Assembly: GCA_041494885.1 (NCBI GenBank)
Contig: JBGQBO010000001.1
Coordinates: forward strand, 158,101-222,100
DNA from: Terriglobia bacterium
GTDB taxonomy: Bacteria > Acidobacteriota > Terriglobia > JAIQFV01
DNA: 64,000 nucleotides
Reading direction: 5' to 3'
Part shown: one piece after another, positions 1-10,607 of the stretch
Position numbering within the stretch: the stretch's first letter is position 1
Layout: every line of letters starts with the position of its first letter
Position numbers and translations under genes: made by a program
The notes under the pieces: generated by a model
Databases searched by the model: none
The model's input: the letters and a program-made list of their open reading frames with translations, nothing else
Told to the model about the DNA's origin: nothing

Positions 1-82
1 AACCAACCCGCAAGGGAGGAACTTGGTGGCCCGAGGCACGCGACCTTCGCCGCGGCATCCCTTAGCAGCCCAAAATTGTGAT

Positions 83-111
83 TGTCAAGGTTCAAGCAAT
101 TCCGCTATAAT
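83..111 (+). promoter_or_regulatory. Sigma70-type promoter for rpmB: TTGTCA -35, 17-nt spacer, TATAAT -10; GGAGGT RBS at 134..139
   Basis: Read directly: ttgtca at 83-88, tataat at 106-111 with an exact 17-nt spacer, about 35 nt upstream of the rpmB ATG, with a Shine-Dalgarno in between. Confidence 0.45.
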
Positions 112-146
112 GGCGGGCTTTTGAAGGCACCTCGGAGGTAAGCCAT

Positions 147-338
147 ATGGCCAGAGTTTGTGAAATCTGCGGAAAGAAACCGATGTCCGGACATCGTGTC
201 AGTCACGCCCACAACCTGACGAATCGGCGCTGGTTGCCGAACCTGCATCGAGTCCACGCGGTCGTGAACGGGACGCGCGCCACGGTCCGAGTGTGCACTC
301 GTTGCATCCGTTCCAATCGCGTTGTGAAGGCCGCCTGA
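147..338 (+). CDS. rpmB: 50S ribosomal protein L28
   Basis: 63 aa; [12 protein letters not shown]...[16 protein letters not shown] matches the conserved L28 N-terminus. Confidence 0.9.
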   Translation: MARVCEICGKKPMSGHRVSHAHNLTNRRWLPNLHRVHAVVNGTRATVRVCTRCIRSNRVVKAA

Positions 339-480
339 TCGACTCTCGTAGCCTCTCCCTGCCCTGCCACGCGAATCGGGGACTTCACGACAAAGGGAGT
401 CCCTCCTGGATCCCCGCGGGGGCAAGGAGACGGGAAGATTTCCTCACATTCTCAATTCCTCGTACTCCCCCGCCGGGCCA

Positions 481-858
481 TCATGCCAACGCAATGACGT
501 CGATTTCCACACGCGCATCTCTGGGAAGACGGGCCACCCCTACCGTGGAGCGGGCGGGTCGATTCTCGCCGAAAAATCTCCCATAGACTTCGTTCATCTT
601 TGGAAATTCACTTATATCGATCAGGAAGACGGTCGTCTTGACGACCCGATCCAGACCACTACCCGCCGCCGTGAGGACTCCTTCCAGGTTTCGAAGCACC
701 CGTTCCGTCTGCATGGAGATGTCCCCCTCGATGATCTGCTGTGTCTTGGGGTCCAATGGGATTTGACCGGAGGCGAAGATCATCCCGTTGGCCTTGATGG
801 CCTGGGAATAAGGTCCGATGGCCTGGGGAGCATCGGTCGTTTGGATCACTTCTTTCAT
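481..858 (-). CDS. ridA: RidA/YjgF family reactive-intermediate deaminase
   Basis: 125 aa; TDAPQAIGPYSQA...ARSTVGVARLP...VEIDVIA are YjgF/RidA hallmarks. Confidence 0.8.
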   Translation of the reverse strand: MKEVIQTTDAPQAIGPYSQAIKANGMIFASGQIPLDPKTQQIIEGDISMQTERVLRNLEGVLTAAGSGLDRVVKTTVFLIDISEFPKMNEVYGRFFGENRPARSTVGVARLPRDARVEIDVIALA

Positions 859-918
859 GCCCTTTGACTCCTTTGATTGAAGATAAGATCAGCGAAAATA
901 AGGCATTGAGACAGGAGC

Positions 919-3111
919 TTATCCGGAGGGCCGCTCAGGGATGGCGGCATTCGGCCTCAGCACCCGCTCGACCTCGAATACGTTGTCGATTTTCTTCAAC
1001 GACCCGATTAATTTCTCGAGATGGCGCTTGTCGCTGATATCCAGGGTGACATCAATCGTCGCATTTTGATCCGGAAAGGTTCGGGCTTCAATGTTCCGAA
1101 TATTCGATCTCGTGTCCGAAATCACGGAAGTGACTTCGGCCAACAAGCCCTGACGGTCCTCTCCATGAATGGCCAGCCGGACGGTATAGGCCTCTTCGGC
1201 CGTGCCTCGCCACTCGACATCGATCTTCCGTTCGGAGTCGTAAATCAGGTTTTGGACATTCGGGCAATTCTTGGCATGGACAGCGATTCCCTTCCCGCGC
1301 GTGATATAACCCACGATATCTTCGCCCCGGATGGGATTGCAGCATCTCGCGCGATAGACCAGCAGGCCGTCCACCCCCTTGACCTCGATCGAATCGGAGC
1401 TCGAGATCCCGAAGACCTTCTTGACAACCGAGGTGAGCTTGGAGTCCTTGGGTGCCGTCAGTTCCTCGAACGCCTTGTCGGGCATCAACTTCGCCAGCAG
1501 GCTCCGGGCTGAGATTTTCCCGAATCCCATGCCGGCGTAAAGATCTTCGACAGAGTGGCACCCGTATTCCGCGGCGATTGGGCCGATGTCGATTTCGTCG
1601 ATCGTCTTCTTCAGGTTTACGCTGAAATTGCGGGCCTCTTTTTCCAGCAGCCGTTTGCCAACATCGAGGGCCCGTTCGCGCTGCTGGACGTTCAGCCAAT
1701 GGCGGATTTTGTTTCGGGCTTTTGAGGTCTTGACCCAGGAAAGCCAATCCCGGCTCGGCATGTGACCCGTCTGGGTAAGGATTTCCACGATGTCCCCATT
1801 CCGAAGCTTGTAGCGCAATGGGACGATCCGGCCGTTCACCTTCGACTGCACGCATTGATTTCCCACGTCGGTATGAATCGCATAAGCAAAATCAATCGGC
1901 GTGGCTTCCCGCGGTAGAATCACTACCTTCCCCTTGGGCGTGAAGGTGTACACCTCTTCCGGGTAGAGGTCGATCTTGAGGGTCGAGAGGAATTCGCCGG
2001 GATCGGGCATGTCCTGTTGCCATTCCACTAACTGACGCAGCCAATTGATGCGCGAATCCTCATCCTGATCAACGGTGCGCCCCTCCTTGTATTTCCAATG
2101 CGCGGCAATGCCCATTTCGGCGATACGATGCATCTCCTGGGTCCGAATCTGGACTTCGAACGCCTGCCCCGTGGAACTGATGACCGAGGTGTGCAAGGAT
2201 TGGTACAGGTTGGGCCTGGGCATGGCGATGTAATCCTTGATCCGCCCCGGGACAGGCCGCCAGGCGTTGTGAATGATGCCGAGCGCCGCATAGCAACTGC
2301 GAACAGAGTCGGTGATGATCCGGACCGCCAGCAGATCGTACACTTGATCCAGCGTGATGCGTTGCCGTTTCATCTTTTGATAGATACTGAAGATGCGCTT
2401 GATGCGGCCTTGCAGCTGAACCGGGATGTCGCTCTCCTTCATCTTTCCGGCCACCATTGACTGCACTTCGGTCAAAAACGCCTCATTCACTTTTCGCTTC
2501 TTTTCCACCTGCTCCTTCAAGTCGGCATACATACTGGGCTCGAGAAAACTGAAGGAGAGGTCTTCCAGCTCGCCGCGCATTTTCCCCATACCGAGGCGAT
2601 GGGCGATGGGCCCATAGATCTCCATGGTTTCGCGGGCGATCCGCAATTGCTTTTCGGGGGGAAGGTGCTGCAGCGTGCGCATATTGTGCAAACGGTCGGC
2701 CAGTTTGACAAGGATGACACGAATGTCATCGACAATCGCGAGCATCATCTTGCGGAAATTCTCTGCCTGCCGATCCTCCGCCGAAGTGAACTGGATCTTA
2801 CTCATCTTGGTGACGCCGTCCACGATGTGCGCCACCTCGGGGCCAAACTTGTCCTCGACGGCCTTGAGAGGAGTTCCCGTATCCTCGACAATATCGTGAA
2901 GGAGCCCCACACACACGCTCTTGGGGTCCAACTTCATTTCGGCAAGGATCGCTGCCACCGCGAGGGGATGGGAAAGGTAGGGGTCCCCCGAGGAGCGTTT
3001 TTGTCCCCGGTGCTGCGCGGCGGCAAACTCATAGGCTCTCTCGAGCAGGGAGAGATCGTCATTGGGACGATACTCGCGCACCTTGACCAGAATGTCCTCG
3101 ATGGCCGTCAT
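919..3111 (-). CDS. rel: Bifunctional (p)ppGpp synthetase/hydrolase (RelA/SpoT family)
   Basis: 730 aa; N-terminal HD hydrolase (HRGQKRSSGDPYLSHPLAVA), synthetase domain, TGS and C-terminal ACT regions are recognisable. Confidence 0.9.
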   Translation of the reverse strand: MTAIEDILVKVREYRPNDDLSLLERAYEFAAAQHRGQKRSSGDPYLSHPLAVAAILAEMKLDPKSVCVGLLHDIVEDTGTPLKAVEDKFGPEVAHIVDGVTKMSKIQFTSAEDRQAENFRKMMLAIVDDIRVILVKLADRLHNMRTLQHLPPEKQLRIARETMEIYGPIAHRLGMGKMRGELEDLSFSFLEPSMYADLKEQVEKKRKVNEAFLTEVQSMVAGKMKESDIPVQLQGRIKRIFSIYQKMKRQRITLDQVYDLLAVRIITDSVRSCYAALGIIHNAWRPVPGRIKDYIAMPRPNLYQSLHTSVISSTGQAFEVQIRTQEMHRIAEMGIAAHWKYKEGRTVDQDEDSRINWLRQLVEWQQDMPDPGEFLSTLKIDLYPEEVYTFTPKGKVVILPREATPIDFAYAIHTDVGNQCVQSKVNGRIVPLRYKLRNGDIVEILTQTGHMPSRDWLSWVKTSKARNKIRHWLNVQQRERALDVGKRLLEKEARNFSVNLKKTIDEIDIGPIAAEYGCHSVEDLYAGMGFGKISARSLLAKLMPDKAFEELTAPKDSKLTSVVKKVFGISSSDSIEVKGVDGLLVYRARCCNPIRGEDIVGYITRGKGIAVHAKNCPNVQNLIYDSERKIDVEWRGTAEEAYTVRLAIHGEDRQGLLAEVTSVISDTRSNIRNIEARTFPDQNATIDVTLDISDKRHLEKLIGSLKKIDNVFEVERVLRPNAAIPERPSG

Positions 3112-3365
3112 ATGTAGATTATACGCAGTTTAGGAAACAAATTCCAAAAACCAATCGGTCAAAGCAAAATCCAGAGGCCAAGGTTCAAATTCCAAATATA
3201 GTCCAAAGACCAGAAGCCATAGGGTCGATGTACAACTCGGGGCCCGCGACGGCTCAATCCCGGAGTTCATCTATTCAAAGTCCGAAAGTGAATGACGACA
3301 GGGCGGGCCCGGTCTTCCGTCTTCGTTTGGAGCTTGGACTCGGGCTTTTGGAACTTGCCCTACAA

Positions 3366-3412
3366 AAAAAGCCCTGATCCACAGTTTACACTGAGGAACA
3401 GGGCTCGACATA
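3366..3412 (-). terminator. Rho-independent terminator downstream of the TPR lipoprotein gene
   Basis: Minus strand reads gagccctg...cagggct followed by a run of seven T, immediately 3' of the CDS ending at 3429. Confidence 0.5.
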
Positions 3413-3428
3413 ATGATCAGGCGTGCGC

Positions 3429-4232
3429 TTATTTTGGCGCCGGTCCCGGCGTCGACTGCTGTTCTTTCTTGAACTTGATGTCCTTGGCCTTCTGGAACCA
3501 CTTGTCGGCTTCGTTCAGGTCCGCTTCGCGGGCTGAGCTATCCGATTCCATGTCCGCCTTTTGTCGATAGAGCAAGTTCAGGTACGCCATCGCGTCGTCG
3601 TAATCGGGATTAATCTCTACGCCCTTTTTAAGTGCCGCGATCCCTTCGTCCACAACCAGCCCATACTGCTCCCGGAAAGGGTCGCGTTCTTTGGGGGGCA
3701 AGGGGTCTCTAGCGGCCAGATTATTCAACTTATTGATGCGAATTTCCTGGTTGGTTTTATAGGACAGGGTCCAGTCCACCACCCCAATAGAATAGTAGGG
3801 CTCTGCATTGCCCGGTTCGATTTCCGTCCGCTTCTTGTACCATTTCTTGGCTTCTTCAAACTTTCCCATATTGAAATAAATCGAAGCGATTCCGGCAATG
3901 CTGCTGCCATTCTGCGGATCGGAGTTCAGCACATCCTGAAAGGCCTTGATGGCTTCGTCCCCTGTCCGTTTGTTCTCTTCCGACTCCACCCCGGGGACAT
4001 ACTGCGTGGCATACGCCGTGGCGAGGTAGAGTTTGGCATTCGTCAAACTCGGGTCCAGCGCCACCGCATCCTTGAAATAATCCACCGCCGCCTGGTATTT
4101 CTGATCGCGATAAGCACGGACTCCCTTGTTCAGTCGATCACGCGCCTTGAGTTGATTGCAGGCCATCGACCCGAACATGAGGGCAAGAATACCAACTAAG
4201 ATTGCGGTTTTTGTCCAATTCCGAGGGTTCAT
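3429..4232 (-). CDS. TPR-repeat lipoprotein
   Basis: 267 aa; signal peptide with a cysteine at the end of the hydrophobic stretch (LMFGSMAC), several TPR-like helical repeats; sits directly upstream of the exbD/exbB/tonB cluster. Confidence 0.6.
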   Translation of the reverse strand: MNPRNWTKTAILVGILALMFGSMACNQLKARDRLNKGVRAYRDQKYQAAVDYFKDAVALDPSLTNAKLYLATAYATQYVPGVESEENKRTGDEAIKAFQDVLNSDPQNGSSIAGIASIYFNMGKFEEAKKWYKKRTEIEPGNAEPYYSIGVVDWTLSYKTNQEIRINKLNNLAARDPLPPKERDPFREQYGLVVDEGIAALKKGVEINPDYDDAMAYLNLLYRQKADMESDSSAREADLNEADKWFQKAKDIKFKKEQQSTPGPAPK

Positions 4233-4359
4233 CCGACTGCCTCCAATGTATCAATAAGTTTATGCTTCAGAGAGGGCACAACGGGGATCTTCTCTGCATC
4301 GTGGACAGGTAAGCTCCGGGTTTTGGGAAGCGGACCGGGTTTGGCCTCTTCCCTCTCAC

Positions 4360-4788
4360 CTACTGACCCATCTGGATCTTCTCGGTGATCAGTCCAATTT
4401 TGTCGACTCCCGCCCCCTTGGCAATATCAATGATGCGGATGACCTTGTCGAACAGGGTGGAATCGTCGCCCTTGACAAACATGACACGCTCACTGCGGGT
4501 CTTGAAGATGTCATCCAGCCGGGGACCCAGGGTCTCCCACGTAGTGGGCTCCTGATTGATTTTCAGCAAGCCCTCCTTGTCGATGATCACCACAATCGTC
4601 CGGGTATCAGGTGGCGCCGCCTGCTTCTGCTGATCCTTCGGCGGTTGCGGCACCAGCGCGTCTAACCCTTTCGAGATGATTGGGGTGATCACGAGAAAGA
4701 TGATAATCAGGACGAGCAGAATGTCGATCATCGGCGTCATATTGATATCCGACTTCGGACCGTGGCCCGATCCAACTCCCATTGCCAT
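4360..4788 (-). CDS. exbD: Biopolymer transport protein ExbD/TolR
   Basis: 142 aa; INMTPMIDILLVLIIIFLV single TM followed by a periplasmic domain, typical ExbD/TolR. Confidence 0.8.
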   Translation of the reverse strand: MAMGVGSGHGPKSDINMTPMIDILLVLIIIFLVITPIISKGLDALVPQPPKDQQKQAAPPDTRTIVVIIDKEGLLKINQEPTTWETLGPRLDDIFKTRSERVMFVKGDDSTLFDKVIRIIDIAKGAGVDKIGLITEKIQMGQ

Positions 4789-5050
4789 GGCATTTCCTCC
4801 AGCAAAAATAAGTTTTGGTGGGCATCAGAATCAGGGCCTCTCTTTGTACTGACCCCACTGACTGCCGGAGGAGCCGTCGAAGCTCTCCGGCATGACCACC
4901 ATGCCAGCGCTGTCTCTTGTCAGGCGCTTAATTCACCCTGGACAGCGCTCACCTCGTTGACCTTGTAGAACTTAGGGCCGCCCCTGCTCCAATGGATAAC
5001 CTTCGGGAGGGACAGCACCTTATAAGCAGAAAAAACGGTCATCCTGCCAG

Positions 5051-5512
5051 TCACTGACCTGCAGCGGGTGGTTTGGCTCTTCTTTCTTCTTCCTTCTCCG
5101 TAATCAATCCCAGCGAATCGACACCCGCGGCACGCACTTCATCGACGACGGCAGCCACATCTCCATACTTCGCGCGGCGGTCGCTCTTGACGTAAACGGT
5201 CTTATCCCCCGCTTTTCGCTCGAGCAGGTCTTTGATTTTCTGAGTGATGGCGTCCTTCTTGACCTCATCCGAACCCAGGAAATAGTGTCCATCTCGATTG
5301 ACCGCGATGACAATGGCGTCGTCCTTGTCGCTTTCCTTCATTTCGCGTGGATTTTTAGCTTTGGACAAATCGACCGAAACGCCGTGTTGCAACATGGGCG
5401 TCACCACCATGAAGATGATCAGCAGCACAAGCATGATGTCAACCATCGGGGTGACGTTGATGTCGCTCTTGACCGCGCTCTCCTTTGTTTCTGCACCACC
5501 CAGGAAAGTCAT
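5051..5512 (-). CDS. exbD: Biopolymer transport protein ExbD/TolR (second copy)
   Basis: 153 aa; INVTPMVDIMLVLLIIFMV; paralog arranged in tandem. Confidence 0.8.
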   Translation of the reverse strand: MTFLGGAETKESAVKSDINVTPMVDIMLVLLIIFMVVTPMLQHGVSVDLSKAKNPREMKESDKDDAIVIAVNRDGHYFLGSDEVKKDAITQKIKDLLERKAGDKTVYVKSDRRAKYGDVAAVVDEVRAAGVDSLGLITEKEEERRAKPPAAGQ

Positions 5513-5572
5513 AGTTAATCTCCTCGAAAAGATGTCAATTCAAACCCCGTGTTGCATCATCTTCGCTGAGGA

Positions 5573-6304
5573 CTAATGCTTTCCGCCGCGACGCTTCAGG
5601 AAAAAGTCAATCAGTTCGGATGAGGAATTGTCCATCTCGACAGCGAAGGCTTCCACCTTGCCGGTGAAGTAATTGAACGCCATCACGGCCGGAATTGCCA
5701 CGAGCAGACCGAACGCGGTCGTCACAAGGGCCTCAGAAATTCCGCCCGCGACTGCCGACAAACCCGTTGCCTTTTCCGTCGAGATACCTTTGAAGGCGTT
5801 GATGATGCCGACGACCGTTCCAAACAAGCCGACGAATGGAGACACTGAACCGATGGTCGCCAGGCCGGAGAGTCCACGCTTTAGCTCGGCATTTACGATG
5901 GCCGCCGAGCGCTGCAGGGCCCGCTTGGATGCATCGATTTCTTCACCCGGGATTTCTGTGCTGGCTTGATGGGCCTCGAATTCCTGCAATCCGGTGATGA
6001 GTACCTTGGCCAGATGGCTCTTCTTGTTCTGCTCGCAAACACTGATCGCTTCTTCGATCTTGCCTTCCTTGAGGCAGCCGGCCACGGCGGGTGCGAAATC
6101 ACGCGACTGCTTGCGCGCTGAGGAGTACGTAAACCAACGGTCAATCATCACGCCAATCGACCACGCCGACATGATGAAGAGGATCACCACGACCGCCTTC
6201 GCGGGGACGCCCATCTGCTTCCACATGCTGACCAGATCAAATCCGACTTCACCCTGCATGAGCAGGAGCGCTAACAGATTAAGTTTGGAAAAGACGAAAA
6301 GCAT
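5573..6304 (-). CDS. exbB: MotA/TolQ/ExbB proton-channel protein
   Basis: 243 aa; three TM helices with the conserved C-terminal ExbB/TolQ region (GLLVAIPAVMAFN). Confidence 0.85.
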   Translation of the reverse strand: MLFVFSKLNLLALLLMQGEVGFDLVSMWKQMGVPAKAVVVILFIMSAWSIGVMIDRWFTYSSARKQSRDFAPAVAGCLKEGKIEEAISVCEQNKKSHLAKVLITGLQEFEAHQASTEIPGEEIDASKRALQRSAAIVNAELKRGLSGLATIGSVSPFVGLFGTVVGIINAFKGISTEKATGLSAVAGGISEALVTTAFGLLVAIPAVMAFNYFTGKVEAFAVEMDNSSSELIDFFLKRRGGKH

Positions 6305-6414
6305 AGTATTAACCTTCCTCCTAAAGAAAGTTGACCACTAGTTGTTGTTGAGCGTCAGGCCCAGTCACCCCCTGCCTCGGGCAGCGACCCACTGGGCCAG
6401 GCTAAGATCCGATC

Positions 6415-7173
6415 CTACCCGCCGGTCAGCGAGAAATTCACCGTGATGGTGGTGATCACTTCGACCGGTTCTCCGTTCAGCAGGGTCGGGCGATACCGCC
6501 ACTGCTTGACGGCGTCCAGGGCGGACTGGACCAGTAGAGGATGCCCCTGAATCACAGTCAGATTCTCGACTGTCCCTTGCTTGGAGATCACCGCCTCCAA
6601 GACCACCGACCCCTGGATACGGGCTGACTTTGCCAGCGGGGGATAAGCCGGTCTCGGCGAAGAAATCAAGTTCGCCTGCTGGACATTTCCGCCCACGCGA
6701 ATCCGCTGAACGGGCTTCGGAGCCTCAAGCCTCGGAGGGGGCGGCGGCGGTGCCGATGCATTCTTGGAAATAAGTCCCCCGATCACGCCTCCGACCGAAC
6801 CGCCGATCATCCCGCCTTCAACACCCCCGACTACACCGCCCGCGGAGGGCGGGGGTGGAGCTTCCTCTACAATTTTTGCTATTTCTTTAGGAATTTCCTT
6901 CGGTGTTTGAAGCTGTCCCTCAACAATCTGGGAGACAATCTTCTGCACCTTTATCATGGTGGCAGCCGGTGGGGGCGGTGGCGGCGGTGGCGGCGGTGGC
7001 GCCGTCAACAAGAAGGTCAACAGTTGTTGTTTGGGAAGTGCTTCAGTGTAAATCAGTGGGATCAAAATCAGGATCGCAATCACCACTGTGTGAATGATCA
7101 CCGACAGGAAAACCGTAACGGGTTTTTTCGTCGCCTCTGTGGTGCCCCCCGATTCGACGAGTTGTTCAAACAT
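6415..7173 (-). CDS. tonB: Energy transducer TonB
   Basis: 252 aa; N-terminal TM anchor, a run of 13 prolines, Gly-rich linker, C-terminal TonB domain. Confidence 0.75.
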   Translation of the reverse strand: MFEQLVESGGTTEATKKPVTVFLSVIIHTVVIAILILIPLIYTEALPKQQLLTFLLTAPPPPPPPPPPPAATMIKVQKIVSQIVEGQLQTPKEIPKEIAKIVEEAPPPPSAGGVVGGVEGGMIGGSVGGVIGGLISKNASAPPPPPPRLEAPKPVQRIRVGGNVQQANLISSPRPAYPPLAKSARIQGSVVLEAVISKQGTVENLTVIQGHPLLVQSALDAVKQWRYRPTLLNGEPVEVITTITVNFSLTGG

Positions 7174-7513
7174 GCGGTCTCCCTCCCTTCAAATCAAAAA
7201 TTACGCGCAAAACAAAGTGCCCTACCACCAGATTTCAACAACAGCGCCCACGTCAAACCTGACGAGGAGCGATGGATCGAACAGCGGAACATAGGATCAC
7301 TGCAGTGTGGAGTCTTTCTTGTGCCCTGGAAAAAAAATTCGTATGGGTATGAATCGAGGAAACTCTGCGTTGCGAACAAGCGCTGTGCTGAAACTTCAGC
7401 CTCAGGTTTCAAATCGTATGCCTTTCAACCTGGCTTGTCAATCGAGTTCTCCCTCGGTGGAGCCCCCCTCGGGGGCCCTCCCCCGTCCAGATTCTTTTGT
7501 TCACTTCTCCGGA

Positions 7514-8719
7514 TTACCGCGCTGCTGCGGCCGCCTTCACCGCCTGTTTTCTCCCGGCACGATACTCCACCCAGCCCAGTACAATGGGGGCTGCTATGGC
7601 GATGGAAGAATACGTTCCGATCAAAATCCCCACCACCAGGCAGAAGGCGAACCCGTGAATCATTTCCCCGCCAAACAGAAACAAGGACATCACTGTTAGA
7701 AAGGTCAAGCCGGATGTCAGAATGGTTCGGCTCAAGGTCTGGTTAATCGCCATGTTTATGATTCGACCCAGGGGCTCGCGCCGCATCAGCTTGACATTTT
7801 CTCGGATCCGGTCAAAAACCACGATCGTGTCGTTCATGGAGTAACCAATCAGGGTCAACAAGGCTGCAATGACCGTGAGGGTGATTTCCTTGTTAAACAG
7901 TGAAAAAAATCCGATTGTAATAATCACATCATGGAACGTCGCAATGACTGCAGCCACCCCGTAAATGGTCTCGAACCGGAAGGCAATGTAGAGCAGCATA
8001 CCCGCCAAGGCGTACAACGAGGCCTGCAAAGCCTGACGGCGCAAGTCCTTTCCGACCTTTGGTCCGACCGCCTCGCTATCCTTGATGGCATAATCGGAGA
8101 GGAAAAAATCATTGCGAAGGGCGGCGGCCAGTTCCTTGCTAATCCCCGCTCCCGTCACCAACTCATCCATCGAGGCGATCAACCCGCCATGCAAGTCCCT
8201 GTATTTGATAATCTTATCCGCCGCCTCTTTATAATACTCCTGAGCTTGAGTCTGTCCCTTTGAAGGGGCCAGCTTCAAGGAATCCAAGGCGGTCAAACGA
8301 TCCGCAAAGGTGGCCGGCCCGACATTGTTGAGATCCAGCTTGCCTTCCGCTGCAGCCGAATTCGGATAAATGGCTCTCAATGTCGCTAAGATTTCCTGCC
8401 GGCCGACGTCGATATCCTGTTGTGACTCGCCTGACAGGTCGAGCCCAATCATCACTTCGTGGTTTGCTTGCACGCCAAACTGCTGGATTGAATTCTCCCC
8501 CTTCACACGCGTTTTCAACTCAGTACGGATACGCTCGATGGGCAGCTGGTCCTTGAATTTGACATAGACATTTGTCCCGCCGCGAAAATCGATGCCGTAC
8601 CGGGGGCCGCCCCTAGCAATCAGCGAAATGATCCCGGCCACACTCAAAACCAGAGAGAGTCCGATCAACACCCACTTGTACTTGAGAAAATCAAAATTTG
8701 GATTATGAAAAAATTCCAT
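7514..8719 (-). CDS. secF: Protein translocase subunit SecF
   Basis: 401 aa; SecF motifs (GIDFRGGT, SecD/SecF TM bundle); gene order tgt-yajC-secD-secF. Confidence 0.9.
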   Translation of the reverse strand: MEFFHNPNFDFLKYKWVLIGLSLVLSVAGIISLIARGGPRYGIDFRGGTNVYVKFKDQLPIERIRTELKTRVKGENSIQQFGVQANHEVMIGLDLSGESQQDIDVGRQEILATLRAIYPNSAAAEGKLDLNNVGPATFADRLTALDSLKLAPSKGQTQAQEYYKEAADKIIKYRDLHGGLIASMDELVTGAGISKELAAALRNDFFLSDYAIKDSEAVGPKVGKDLRRQALQASLYALAGMLLYIAFRFETIYGVAAVIATFHDVIITIGFFSLFNKEITLTVIAALLTLIGYSMNDTIVVFDRIRENVKLMRREPLGRIINMAINQTLSRTILTSGLTFLTVMSLFLFGGEMIHGFAFCLVVGILIGTYSSIAIAAPIVLGWVEYRAGRKQAVKAAAAAR

Positions 8720-8826
8720 CGAACCTGAGACTCCTTCAACGGCAGAGCTTCCAAATCTCGATCATCCCACTGAGTTTAGACACCGATCAAAATCTGGAAG
8801 TTCCAAAATTTTCAAGGTTGAACAAC

Positions 8827-10443
8827 CTAAATGCTCAAGGTGGCGCTGCGTGACTGATGGCTCACATGCCAATCAAAAATCAACCGGGACACATACACTG
8901 CCGTAAACACGTTGGCGGCCAGTCCGACCGTCAGGGTGACGGCAAACCCCTTGACGGGGCCTGTTCCAAACAAGAACAGGAAAAGTGCAGAAACGATGGT
9001 CGTTACGTGCGTATCGATGATGGTCCGGAAGGCATTGGAAAAGCCACGATCGATCGCGGAGACTACATTCTTACCCAACCGAAGTTCCTCGCGAATGCGT
9101 TCAAAAACAAGAACATTCGAATCCACGGCCATACCAATGGTCAAAATGACCCCAGCGATTCCCGGCAGGGTGAGAGTCGCTCCAAAATACGCCAGGGCGG
9201 CAAGAAGAATAATCAGATTGAAGAACAACGCCGAAACGGCGTTCACCCCTGACAGCTTGTAATAGATCACCATGAAAATCACAACCAAAGCGAGCCCCAC
9301 GATCGACGCCAGAATGCCCTGCCGGATTGAGTCATTTCCGAGAGAGGGGCCCACGGTGGCCTTATGAAGGTACTTGAGACTGGCCGGCAATGCCCCCGAT
9401 CGGAGCACCAAAGCTAATTCCTCCGCCTGGGCCTGACTGAAGTTCCCTGTAATCTGACCCGAGTCACTGATCTGACTTTGAATTTCCGGTGCGGACTGGA
9501 TTTTGCGATCCAAAACAATGGCAAGTTGCTTGTGCAGGTTTTGCTGGGTAACTTGCGAGAATCGGACGGCCCCGGCATTGTTCAACGTGAATCCCACGGC
9601 CGGACGGCCGTTCTCGTCCAATTGAGGTCGTGCGCCCTTTAGATCGCGACCGGTGATCGAGGCGATCCGATCAACAAAATACCATTGCTCTGTAGAAGGC
9701 TGGCCGGGCGCCGACTTCTCGACTGATTTCAAAAGTTCCACGTCGGGAGAGGCCGTGTTTCCGTGAGCCGCAAGCGCTCCCTGCTGGGTCGGAAAAGGGC
9801 CATCTCTGACGATCTTCAATTCGAGAATCGCGGGCTGACCGATGACACGGTCCACCTTTTCCGGATCATCCACCCCGGGCAACTGCACCAGGACCTCGTA
9901 CGATCCCGCGGACCGCTCCTGGATGACCGGTTCGGTAACCCCCAACGCATCAATCCGGTTGCGTAAGGTTTGAACGGTTTGTTTGACCGCCTCGGAGCGC
10001 AGTTCGGATTCCACGGAGGGTTTCATCCCCAGCGTAAAGCCGCCGATATCGCCGGCTAATGAGGAGAGATCCCACGAGACTGAAAACTTGTCGGTGAACA
10101 TCTCCCGGAAGTCGCCGGTGCGCGAGGAGTCAATCCCCCGGACTTCGATATGGTTCAGATCGCGCTTTCGCAGGTCGGCTGACGTGATTTGTCGGTTTAA
10201 CAGTTCTGTCCGAATCAGTTCAATGGTCTGATCTGTTTCGGCATTGATCGCATCATCCGTCATGACTTGGATGATGAGGTAGGTGCCCCCCTTGAGATCC
10301 AGGCCGAGGTGGATCCGCTCGGCGAAGTTCAGTTTAATGGCATTCAACGAACTTGGGATATGCGGATACCCGAGGAATCCATAAAGACATCCTAGAATGA
10401 TCAAACCATAGATCAGGGCTTTCCATTTCAAAGTCTTGTTCAT
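8827..10443 (-). CDS. secD: Protein translocase subunit SecD
   Basis: 538 aa; LGLDLKGG motif, large periplasmic domain, 6-TM C-terminus. Confidence 0.9.
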   Translation of the reverse strand: MNKTLKWKALIYGLIILGCLYGFLGYPHIPSSLNAIKLNFAERIHLGLDLKGGTYLIIQVMTDDAINAETDQTIELIRTELLNRQITSADLRKRDLNHIEVRGIDSSRTGDFREMFTDKFSVSWDLSSLAGDIGGFTLGMKPSVESELRSEAVKQTVQTLRNRIDALGVTEPVIQERSAGSYEVLVQLPGVDDPEKVDRVIGQPAILELKIVRDGPFPTQQGALAAHGNTASPDVELLKSVEKSAPGQPSTEQWYFVDRIASITGRDLKGARPQLDENGRPAVGFTLNNAGAVRFSQVTQQNLHKQLAIVLDRKIQSAPEIQSQISDSGQITGNFSQAQAEELALVLRSGALPASLKYLHKATVGPSLGNDSIRQGILASIVGLALVVIFMVIYYKLSGVNAVSALFFNLIILLAALAYFGATLTLPGIAGVILTIGMAVDSNVLVFERIREELRLGKNVVSAIDRGFSNAFRTIIDTHVTTIVSALFLFLFGTGPVKGFAVTLTVGLAANVFTAVYVSRLIFDWHVSHQSRSATLSI

Positions 10444-10607
10444 GGGGCCATCATACCTTCCCGGAATGATCTCGTAAAACCCAACAAAATATTAGCCTTA
10501 ACCCTTATTTATACACGGATCCGTCGTTCGTGACTCCATTCGCCAGGTGCCTCGCGGGTTGCCCGGAGTCGTTTGCCCCTCGGTCCCCCGGGAAGTCCAT
10601 CGTCCGA

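Noticed and set aside
105-425. 106-aa and 61-aa minus-strand ORFs overlapping rpmB
   Set aside because: Antisense to a highly conserved ribosomal protein gene. Arg/Ser-rich translation is typical of high-GC antisense frames.
1088-1855. 255-aa minus-strand ORF inside rel (same strand as rel, different frame)
   Set aside because: Lies wholly inside the RelA/SpoT reading frame. Arg/Gly/Pro-rich composition indicates a GC-driven open frame, not a gene.
6960-7010. GGCGGTGGCGGCGGTGGC tandem DNA repeat
   Set aside because: This is the coding sequence of the TonB poly-proline spacer on the opposite strand, not a non-coding repeat or CRISPR.
6907-7746. 279-aa plus-strand ORF spanning the tonB/secF interval
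   Set aside because: Antisense to tonB (its WRRWRR repeat is the complement of the Pro run) and runs into secF. No motif.
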